Assembly (NCBI RefSeq): GCF_964355755.1
Contig: NC_092670.1
Coordinates: 28,198,388 to 28,262,387 of the forward strand
DNA from: Antedon mediterranea
Lineage: Eukaryota; Animalia; Echinodermata
DNA length: 64,000 nucleotides
Direction: 5' to 3'
Below are positions 52,601 to 64,000 of this stretch, piece after piece. The position numbers and the translations under genes are program-made. The first letter of the stretch is position 1. Each line of letters begins with the position of its first letter. Below the pieces are notes generated by a model. The model was not told where the DNA came from. It worked only from the letters and a program-made list of their open reading frames with translations, and made no database searches.

Positions 52601-55600
52601 AATGTCTCCAAATGCGATTTGAAGCTATTCTAAGCACTTTGGTGTTTTTATGTTAACAAGTTTTTTCGAAAATCACAAAATGGTGTAAAACGTCTCCAAA
52701 TGCGATTTGAAGCTATTCTAAGCACTTTGGTGTTTTTATGTTAACAAGTTTTTTCGAAAATCACAAAATGGTGTAAAACTTCTCCAAATACGATTTTAAG
52801 CTATTCTAAGCAATTTGGTGTTTTTATGTCAACAAGTTTTTTCGAAAATCACAAAATGGTCTAAAACGTCTCCAAATGCGATTTGAAGCTATTCTGTACA
52901 CTTTGCTGTTTTGTGTGAATAATTTTTGTTGAAATGCTCAAAATGGTCAAAAACGTTTTTAAATACTATATTAAGCTATTTTGTGTTCTTTGATGTTTTT
53001 GTGTGAAAAGTTTTATCGAAATGCTCAAAATGGTCTAAAACGGTTTCTAATGTGATTTTAAGCACTTTGATGTTTTTATGTTAACAACTTTTTTAGAAAA
53101 TCACAAAATGGTCTAAAACGTCTCCAAATGCGATTTGAAGCAATTCTAAGCACTTTGGTGTTTTTATGGTAACGAGTTTTTTTGAATATCACAAAATGGT
53201 CTAAAACGTCTCCAAATGCGATTTGAAGCTTTTCTAAGCACTTTGGTGTTTTTATGTTTACAAGTTTTTTCGAAAATCACAAAATGGTCTAAAACGGCTC
53301 CAAATACGATTTGAAGCTATTCTAAGCACTTTGGTGTTTTTATGTTAACAAGTTTTTTCGAAAATCACAAAATGGTCTAAAACGTCTCCAAATGCGATTT
53401 GAAGCTATTCTAAGCACTTTGGTGTTTTTATGTTAACAAGTTTTTTCGAAAATCACAAAATGGTGTAAAACGTCTCCAAATGCGATTTGAAGCTATTCTA
53501 AGCAATTTTGTGTTTTTATGTTAACAAGTTTTTTCGAAAATCACAAAATGGTCTAAAACGTCTCCAAATGCGATTTGAAGCTATTCTAAGCACTTTTGTG
53601 TTTTTATGTTAACAAGTTTTTTCGAAAATCACAAAATGGTCTAAAATGTCTCAAAATGCGATTTGAAGCTATTCTGTACACTTTGCTGTTTTGTGTGAAT
53701 AATTTTTGTCAAAATGCTCAAAATGGTCAAAAACGTTTTTAAATACTATATTAAGCTATTTTGTGTTCTTTGATGTTTTTGTGTGAAAAGTTTTTTCGAA
53801 ATGCTCAAAATGGTCTAAAACGGTTTCTAATGTGATTTTAAGCACTTTGATGTTTTTATGTTAACAACTTTTTTAGAAAATTACAAAATGGTCTAAAACG
53901 TCTCCAAATGCAATTTGAAGCAATTCTAAGCACTTTGGTGTTTTTATGTTAACAAGTTTTTTCGAAAATCACAAAATGGTCTAAAACGTCTCCAAATGCG
54001 ATTTGAAGCTATTCTGTACACTTTGCTGTTTTGTGTGAATAATTTTTGTTGAAATGCTCAAAATGGTCAAAAACGTTTTTAAATACGATATTAAGCTATT
54101 TTGTGCTCTTTGATGTTTTTGTGTGAAAAGTTTTATCGAAATGCTCAAAATGGTCTAAAACGGTTTCTAATGTGATTTTAAGCACTTTGGTGTTTTTATG
54201 TTAACAAGTTTTTTCGAAAATCACAAAATGGTCTAAAACGTCTCCAAATGTGATTTGAAGCTATTCTAAACACTTTGGTGTTTTTATGTTAACAAGTTTT
54301 TTCGAAAATCACAAATTGGTCTAAAACGTCTCCAAATGCGATTTGAAGCTATTTTAAGCACTTTGGTGTTTTTGTGTAACCAAGTTTTTTCGAAAATCAC
54401 AAAAGGGTCTAAAATGTCTCAAAATGCGATTTGAAGCTATTCTGTACACTTTGATGTTTTTTTGTTAACAAGTTTTTTCGAAAGTCTCAAAATGGTCTAA
54501 AAAGTCTCCAAATGCGATTTGAAGCTATTCTAAGCACTTTGGTGTTTTTATGTTAACAAGTTTTATCGAAAATCACAAAATGGTGTAAAACGTCTCCAAA
54601 TGCGATTTGAAGCTATTCTAAGCACTTTGGTGTTTTTATGTTAACAAGTTTTTTCGAAAATCACAAAATGGTGTAAAACGTCTCCAAATGCGATTTTAAG
54701 CTATTCTAAGCAATTTGGTGTTTTTATGTTAACAAGTTTTTTCGAAAATCACAAAATGGTCTAAAACGTCTCCAAATGCGATTTGAAGCTATTCTGTACA
54801 CTTTGCTGTTTTGTGAGAATAATTTTTGTCGAAATGCTCAAAATGGTCAAAAACGTTTTTAAATACGATATTAAGCTATTTTGTGCTCTTTGATGTTTTT
54901 GTGTGAAAAGTTTTATCGAAATGCTCAAAATGGTCTAAAACGGTTTCTAATGTGATTTTAAGCACTTTGATGTTTTTATGTTAACAACTTTTTTAGAAAA
55001 TTACAAAATGGTGTAAAACGTCTCCAAATGCGATTTGAAGCTATTCTAAGCAATTTCGTGTTTTTATGTTAACAAGTTTTTTCGAAAATCACAAAATGGT
55101 CTAAAACGTCTCCAAATGCGATTTGAAGCTATTCTAAGCACTTTTGTGTTTTTATGTTAACAAGTTTTTTCGAAAATCACAAAATGGTCTAAAATGTCTC
55201 CAAATGCGATTTTAAGGTATTCTAAGCACTTTGGTGTTTTTATGTTAACAAGTTTTTTCGAAAATCACAAAATGGTCTAAAACGTCTCCAAATGCGATTT
55301 GAAGCTATTCTAAGCACTTTGGTGTTTTTATGTTAACAAGTTTTTTCGAAAATCACAAAATGGTGTAAAACTTCTCCAAATACGATTTTAAGCTATTCTA
55401 AGCAATTTGGTGTTTTTATGTTAACAAGTTTTTTCGAAAATCACAAAATGGTATAAAACGTCTCCAAATACGATTTGAAGCAATTCTAAGCACTTTGGTG
55501 TTTTTATGTTAACAAGTTTTTTCGAAAATTACAAAATGGTATAAAACGTCTCCAAATGCGATTTGAAGATTTTCTAAGCACTTTGGTGTTTTTATGTTTA

Positions 55601-58600
55601 CAAGTTTTTTCGAAAATCACAAAATGGTCTAAAACGTCTCCAAATGCGATTTGAAGCTATTCTGTACACTTTGCTGTTTTGTGTGAATAATTTTGTCAAA
55701 ATGCTCAAAATGGTCAAAAACGTTTTTAAATACTATATTAAGCTATTTTGTGTTCTTTGATGTTTTTGTGTGAAAAGTTTTATCGAAATGCTCAAAATGG
55801 TCTAAAACGGTTTCTAATGAAATGATTTTAAGAACTTTGATGTTTTTATGTTAACAACTTTTTTAGAAAATCACAAAATGGTCTAAAACGTCTCCAAATG
55901 CGATTTGAAGCAATTCTAAGCACTTTGGTGTTTTTATGTTAACAAGTTTTTTCGAAAATCACAAAATGGTATAAAACCTCTCCAAATGCGATTTTAAGGT
56001 ATTCTAAGCACTTTGGTGTTTTTATGTTAACAAGTTTTTTCGAAAATCACAAAATGGTCTAAAACGTCTACAAATGCGATTTGAAGCTATTCTAAGCACT
56101 TTGGTGTTTTTATGTTAACAAGTTTTTTCGAAAATCACAAAATGGTATAAAACGTCTCCAAATGAGATTTTAAGGTATTCTAAGCACTTTGGTGTTTTTA
56201 TGTTAACAAGTTTTTTCGAAAATCACAAAATGGTCTAAAACGTCTACAAATGCGATTTGAAGCTATTCTAAGCACTTTGGTGTTTTTATGTTAACAAGTT
56301 TTTTCGAAAATCACAAAATGGTCTAAAACGTCTCCAAATGCGATTTGAAGCTATTCTGTACACTTTGCTGTTTTGTGTGAATAATTTTTGTCGAAATGCT
56401 CAAAATGGTCAAAAACGTTTTTAAATACGATATTAAGCTATTTTGTGCTCTTTGATGTTTTTGTGTGAAAAGTTTTATCGAAATGCTCAAAATGGTCTAA
56501 AACGGTTTCTAATGTGATTTTAAGCACTTTGATGTTTTTATGTTAACAACTTTTTTAGAAAATCACAAAATGGTCTAAAACGTCTCCAAATGCGATTTGA
56601 AGCAATTCTAAGCACTTTGGTGTTTTTATGGTAACGAGTTTTTTTGAATATCACAAAATGGTCTAAAATGTCTCCAAATGCGATTTGAAGCTATTCTGTA
56701 CACTTTGATGTTTTTTTGTTAACAAGTTTTTTCGAAAGTCACAAAATGGTCTAAAACGTCTCCAAATGCGATTTGAAACTATTCTAAGCACTTTGGTGTT
56801 TTTATGTTAACAAGTTTTTTCGAAAATCACAAAATGGGGTAAAACGTCTCCAAATGCGATTTGAAGCTATTCTAAGCACTTTGGTGTTTTTATGTTAACA
56901 AGTTTTTTCGAAAATCACAAAATGGTGTAAAACTTCTCCAAATACGATTTTAAGCTATTCTAAGCAATTTGGTGTTTTTATGTTAACAAGTTTTTTCGAA
57001 AATCACAAAATGGTCTAAAACGTCTCCAAATGCGATTTGAAGCTATTCTGTACACTTTGCTGTTTTGTGTGAATAATTTTTGTTGAAATGCTCAAAATGG
57101 TCAAAAACGTTTTTAAATACTATATTAAGCTATTTTGTGCTCTTTGATGTTTTTGTGTGAAAAGTTTTATCGAAATGCTCAAAATGGTCTAAAACGGTTT
57201 CTAATGTGATTTTAAGCACTTTGATGTTTTTATGTTAACAACTTTTTTAGAAAATTACAAAATGGTGTAAAACGTCTCCAAATGCGATTTGAAGCTATTC
57301 TAAGCACTTTGGTGTTTTTATGGTAACGAGTTTTTTTGAATATCACAAAATGGTCTAAAATGTCTCCAAATGCGATTTGAAGCTTTTCTAAGCACTTTGG
57401 TGTTTTTATGTTAACAAGTTTTTTCGAAAATCACAAAATGGTCTAAAACGTCTCCAAATGTGATTTGAAGCTATTCTAAACACTTTGGTGTTTTTATGTT
57501 AACAAGTTTTTTCGAAAATCACAAATTGGTCTAAAACGTCTCCAAATGCGATTTGAAGCTAGTTTAAGCACTTTGGTGTTTTTGTGTAACCAAGTTTTTT
57601 CGAAAATCACAAAAGGGTCTAAAATGTCTCAAAATGCGATTTGAAGCTATTCTGTACACTTTGATGTTTTTTTTGTTAACAAGTTTTTTCGAAAGTCACA
57701 AAATGGTCTAAAACGTCTCCAAATGCGATTTGAAGCTATTCTAAGCACTTTGGTGTTTTTATGTTAACAAGTTTTTTCGAAAATCACAAAATGGTGTAAA
57801 ACGTCTCCAAATGCGATTTGAAGCTATTCTAAGCAATTTGGTGTTTTTATGTTAACAAGTTTTTTCGAAAATCACAAAATGGTGTAAAACGTCTCCAAAT
57901 GCGATTTTAAGCTATTCTAAGCAATTTGGTGTTTTTTTATGTTAACAAGTTTTTTCGAAAATCACAAAATGGTCTAAAACGTCTCCAAATGCGATTTGAA
58001 GCTATTCTGTACACTTTGCTGTTTTGTGAGAATAATTTTTGTCGAAATGCTCAAAATGGTCAAAAACGTTTTTAAATACGATATTAAGCTATTTTGTGCT
58101 CTTTGATGTTTTTGTGTGAAAAGTTTTATCGAAATGCTCAAAATGGTCTAAAACGGTTTCTAATGTGATTTTAAGCACTTTGGTGTTTTTATGTTAACAA
58201 GTTTTTTCGAAAATCACAAAATGGTCTAAAACGTCTCCAAATGTGATTTGAAGCTATTCAAAACACTTTGGTGTTTTTATGTTAACAAGTTTTTTCGAAA
58301 ATCACAAATTGGTCTAAAACGTCTCCAAATGCGATTTGAAGTTATTTTAAGCACTTTGGTGTTTTTGTGTAACCAAGTTTTTTCGAAAATCACAAAAGGG
58401 TCTAAAATGTCTCAAAATGCGATTTGAAGCTATTCTGTACACTTTGATGTTTTTTTGTTAACAAGTTTTTTCGAAAGTCACAAAATGGTCTAAAACGTCT
58501 CCAAATGCGATTTGAAGCTATTCTAAGCACTTTGCTGTATTGTGTGAATAATTTTTGTCGAAATGCTCAAAATGGTCAAAAACGTTTTTAAATACGATAT

Positions 58601-61600
58601 TAAGCTATTTTGTGCTCTTTGATGTTTTTGTGTGAAAAGTTTTATCGAAATGCTCAAAATGGTCTAAAACGGTTTCTAATGTGATTTTAAGCACTTTGAT
58701 GTTTTTATGTTAACAACTTTTTTAGAAAATCACAAAATGGTCTAAAACGTCTCCAAATGCGATTTGAAGCAATTCTAAGCACTTTGGTGTTTTTATGGTA
58801 ACGAGTTTTTTTGAATATCACAAAATGGTCTAAAATGTCTCCAAATGCGATTTGAAGCTTTTCTAAGCACTTTGGTGTTTTTATGTTAACAAGTTTTTTC
58901 GAAAATCACAAAATGGTCTAAAACGTCTCCAAATGCGATTTGAAGCTATTCTGTACACTTTGCTGTTTTGTGTGAATAATTTTTGTCGAAATGCTCAAAA
59001 TGGTCAAAAACGTTTTTAAATACGATATTAAGCTATTTTGTGCTCTTTTATGTTTTTGTGTGAAAAGTTTTATCGAAATGCTCAAAATGGTCTAAAACGG
59101 TTTCTAATGTGATTTTAAGCACTTTGATGTTTTTATGTTAACAACTTTTTTAGAAAATCACAAAATGGTCTAAAACGTCTCCAAATGCGATTTGAAGCAA
59201 TTCTAAGCACTTTGGTGTTTTTATGGTAACGAGTTTTTTTGAATATCACAAAATGGTCTAAAATGTCTCCAAATGCGATTTGAAGCTTTTCTAAGCACTT
59301 TGGTGTTTTTATGGTAACGAGTTATTTCGAAAATCACAAAATGGTCTAAAACGTCTCCAAATGCGATTTGAAGCTATTCTGTACACTTTGCTGTTTTGTG
59401 TGAATAATTTTTGTCAAAATGCTCAAAATGGTCAAAAACGTTTTTAAATACTATATTAAGCTATTTTGTGCTCTTTGATGTTTTTGTGTGAAAAGTTTTA
59501 TCGAAATGCTCAAAATGGTCTAAAACGGTTTCTAATGTGATTTTAAGCACTTTGATGTTTTTATGTTAACAACTTTTTTAGAAAATTACAAAATGGTGTA
59601 AAACGTCTCCAAATGCGATTTGAAGCTATTCTAAGCAATTTGGTGTTTTTATGTTAACAAGTTTTTTCGAAAATCACAAAATGGTCTAAAACGTCTCCAA
59701 ATGCGATTTGAAGCTATTCTAAGCACTTTTGTGTTTTTATGTTAACAAGTTTTTTCGAAAATCACAAAATGGTCTAAAATGTCTCCAAATGCGATTTGAA
59801 GCTTTTCTAAGCACTTTTGTGTTTTTATGTTTACAAGTTTTTTCGAAAATCACAAAATGGTCTAAAACGTCTCCAAATGCGATTTGAAGCTATTCTGTAC
59901 ACTTTGCTGTTTTGTGTGAATAATTTTTGTCAAAATGCTCAAAATGGTCAAAAACGTTTTTAAATACTATATTAAGCTATTTTGTGTTCTTTGATGTTTT
60001 TATGTGAAAAGTTTTATCGAAATGCTCAAAATGGTCTAAAACGGTTTCTAATGTGATTTTAAGAACTTTGATGTTTTTATGTTAAAAACTTTTTTAGAAA
60101 ATCACAAAATGGTCTAAAACGTCTCCAAATGCGATTTGAAGCAATTCTAAGCACTTTGGTGTTTTTATGTTAACACGTTTTTTCGAAAATCACAAAATGG
60201 TCTAAAACGTCTCCAAATGCGATTTGAAGCTATTCTAAGCACTTTTGTGTTTTTATGTTAACAAGTTTTTTCGAAAATCACAAAATGGTCTAAAATGTCT
60301 CCAAATGCGATTTTAAGGTATTCTAAGCACTTTGGTGTTTTTATGTTAACAAGTTTTTTTGAAAATCACAAAATGGTCTAAAACGTCTACAAATGCGATT
60401 TGAAGCTATTCTAAGCACTTTGGTGTTTTTATGTTAACAAGTTTTTTCGAAAATCACAAAATGGTATAAAACGTCTCCAAATGCGATTTGAAGATTTTCT
60501 AAGCACTTTGGTGTTTTTATGTTTACAAGTTTTTTCGAAAATCACAAAATGGTCTAAAACGTCTCCAAATGCGATTTGAAGCTATTCTGTACACTTTGCT
60601 GTTTTGTGTGAATAATTTTGTCAAAATGCTCAAAATGGTCAAAAACGTTTTTAAATACTATATTAAGCTATTTTGTGTTCTTTGATGTTTTTGTGTGAAA
60701 AGTTTTATCGAAATGCTCAAAATGGTCTAAAACGGTTTCTAATGAAATGATTTTAAGAACTTTGATGTTTTTATGTTAACAACTTTTTTAGAAAATCACA
60801 AAATGGTCTAAAACGTCTCCAAATGCGATTTGAAGCAATTCTAAGCACTTTGGTGTTTTTATGTTAACAAGTTTTTTCGAAAATCACAAAATGGTATAAA
60901 ACCTCTCCAAATACGATTTTAAGGTATTCTAAGCACTTTGGTGTTTTTATGTTAACAAGTTTGTTCGAAAATCACAAAATGGTCTAAAACGTCTACAAAT
61001 GCGATTTGAAGCTATTCTAAGCACTTTGGTGTTTTTATGTTAACAAGTTTTTTCGAAAATCACAAAATGGTATAAAACGTCTCCAAATGAGATTTTAAGG
61101 TATTCTAAGCACTTTGGTGTTTTTATGTTAACAAGTTTTTTCGAAAATCACAAAATGGTCTAAAACGTCTACAAATGCGATTTGAAGCTATTCTAAGCAC
61201 TTTGGTGTTTTTATGTTAACAAGTTTTTTCGAAAATCACAAAATGGTATAAAACGTCTCCAAATGCGATTTTAAGCTATTCTAAGCAATTTGGTGTTTTT
61301 ATGTTAACAAGTTTTTTCGAAAATCACAAAATGGTCGAAAATGTCACAAAATGCGATTTGAAGCTATTCTAAGCACTTTGGTGTTATTATGTTAACAAGT
61401 TTTTTCGAAAATCACAAATTGGTCTAAAACGTCTCCAAATGCGATTTGAAGCTATTTTAAGCACTTTGGTGTTTTTGTGTAACCAAGTTTTTTCGAAAAT
61501 CACAAAAGGGTCTAAAATGTCTCAAAATGCGATTTGAAGCTATTCTGTACACTTTGATGTTTTTTTGTTAACAAGTTTTTTCGAAAGTCTCAAAATGGTC

Positions 61601-64000
61601 TAAAAAGTCTCCAAATGCGATTTGAAGCTATTCTAAGCACTTTGGTGTTTTTATGTTAACAAGTTTTATCGAAAATCACAAAATGGTGTAAAACGTCTCC
61701 AAATGCGATTTGAAGCTATTCTAAGCACTTTGGTGTTTTTATGTTAACAAGTTTTTTCGAAAATCACAAAATGGTGTAAAACGTCTCCAAATGCGATTTT
61801 AAGCTATTCTAAGCAATTTGGTGTTTTTATGTTAACAAGTTTTTTCGAAAATCACAAAATGGTCTAAAACGTCTCCAAATGCGATTTGAAGCTATTCTGT
61901 ACACTTTGCTGTTTTGTGAGAATAATTTTTGTCGAAATGCTCAAAATGGTCAAAAACGTTTTTAAATACGATATTAAGCTATTTTGTGCTCTTTGATGTT
62001 TTTGTGTGAAAAGTTTTATCGAAATGCTCAAAATGGTCTAAAACGGTTTCTAATGTGATTTTAAGCACTTTGATGTTTTTATGTTAACAACTTTTTTAGA
62101 AAATTACAAAATGGTGTAAAACGTCTCCAAATGCGATTTGAAGCTATTCTAAGCAATTTCATGTTTTTATGTTAACAAGTTTTTTCGAAAATCACAAAAT
62201 GGTCTAAAACGTCTCCAAATGCGATTTGAAGCTATTCTAAGCACTTTTGTGTTTTTATGTTAACAAGTTTTTTCGAAAATCACAAAATGGTCTAAAATGT
62301 CTCCAAATGCGATTTTAAGGTATTCTAAGCACTTTGGTGTTTTTATGTTAACAAGTTTTTTCGAAAATCACAAAATGGTCTAAAACGTCTCCAAATGCGA
62401 TTTGAAGCTATTCTAAGCACTTTGGTGTTTTTATGTTAACAAGTTTTTTCGAAAATCACAAAATGGTGTAAAACTTCTCCAAATACGATTTTAAGCTATT
62501 CTAAGCAATTTGGTGTTTTTATGTTAACAAGTTTTTTCGAAAATCACAAAATGGTATAAAACGTCTCCAAATACGATTTGAAGCAATTCTAAGCACTTTG
62601 GTGTTTTTATGTTAACAAGTTTTTTCGAAAATTACAAAATGGTATAAAACGTCTCCAAATGCGATTTGAAGATTTTCTAAGCACTTTGGTGTTTTTATGT
62701 TTACAAGTTTTTTCGAAAATCACAAAATGGTCTAAAACGTCTCCAAATGCGATTTGAAGCTATTCTGTACACTTTGCTGTTTTGTGTGAATAATTTTGTC
62801 AAAATGCTCAAAATGGTCAAAAACGTTTTTAAATACTATATTAAGCTATTTTGTGTTCTTTGATGTTTTTGTGTGAAAAGTTTTATCGAAATGCTCAAAA
62901 TGGTCTAAAACGGTTTCTAATGAAATGATTTTAAGAACTTTGATGTTTTTATGTTAAGAACTTTTTTAGAAAATCACAAAATGGTCTAAAACGTCTACAA
63001 ATGCGATTTGAAGCTATTCTAAGCACTTTGGTGTTTTTATGTTAACAAGTCTTTTCGAAAATCACAAAATGGTATAAAACGTCTCCAAATGAGATTTTAA
63101 GGTATTCTAAGCACTTTGGTGTTTTTATGTTAACAAGTTTTTTCGAAAATCACAAAATGGTCTAAAACGTCTACAAATGCGATTTGAAGCTATTCTAAGC
63201 ACTTTGGTGTTTTTATGTTAACAAGTTTTTTCGAAAATCACAAAATGGTCTAAAACGTCTCCAAATGCGATTTGAAGCTATTCTGTACACTTTGCTGTTT
63301 TGTGTGAATAATTTTTGTCGAAATGCTCAAAATGGTCAAAAACGTTTTTAAATACAATATTAAGCTATTTTGTGCTCTTTGATGTTTTTGTGTGAAAAGT
63401 TTTATCGAAATGCTCAAAATGGTCTAAAACGGTTTCTAATGTGATTTTAAGCACTTTGATGTTTTTATGTTAACAACTTTTTTAGAAAATCACAAAATGG
63501 TCTAAAACGTCTCCAAATGCGATTTGAAGCAATTCTAAGCACTTTGGTGTTTTTATGGTAACGAGTTTTTTTGAATATCACAAAATGGTCTAAAATGTCT
63601 CCAAATGCGATTTGAAGCTATTCTGTACACTTTGATGTTTTTTTGTTAACAAGTTTTTTCGAAAGTCACAAAATGGTCTAAAACGTCTCCAAATGCGATT
63701 TGAAGCTATTCTAAGCACTTTGGTGTTTTTATGTTAACAAGTTTTTTCGAAAATCACAAAATGGTGTAAAACGTCTCCAAATGCGATTTGAAGCTATTCT
63801 AAGCACTTTGGTGTTTTTATGTTAACAAGTTTTTTCGAAAATCACAAAATGGTGTAAAACTTCTCCAAATACGATTTTAAGCTATTCTAAGCAATTTGGT
63901 GTTTTTATGTTAACAAGTTTTTTCGAAAATCACAAAATGGTCTAAAACGTCTCCAAATGCGATTTGAAGCTATTCTGTACACTTTGCTGTTTTGTGTGAA
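49650..64000 (+). repeat. 88-bp satellite array, block 3, running off the window
   Basis: Same monomers; block repeats at +2076 (51221/53297, 51831/53907) and +7103 (54481/61584, 55051/62154). Confidence 0.98.

Noticed and set aside
2915-64000. CRISPR array
   Set aside because: Contiguous tandem monomers with no unique spacers and no cas genes; the context is eukaryotic.

Overview
Eukaryotic (probably animal) heterochromatic or centromere-like DNA. From 2915 to the window end it is a single-orientation, AT-rich ~88-bp satellite with nested higher-order repeats (a fixed 87+87+78 trimer; 1.3, 1.9, 2.1, 4.75 and 7.1 kb repeat spacings). Two different non-autonomous LTR retrotransposons sit 343 bp apart in the array. 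Element A (3.1 kb) is a Ty3/Gypsy CsRn1/Kabuki-like deletion derivative with a tRNA-Trp PBS, partial gag and an open RNaseH-integrase frame. Element B (3.4 kb) is nearly non-coding. Both were copied by a later ~20.7/17.5-kb tandem segmental duplication. Bases 1-2914 look like a decayed, intron-containing DNA transposon on the minus strand. Its fragments resemble the RAG1/Transib/Chapaev transposase core, and it ends in CAC with RSS-like geometry exactly at the satellite junction. All alignments were done by eye.
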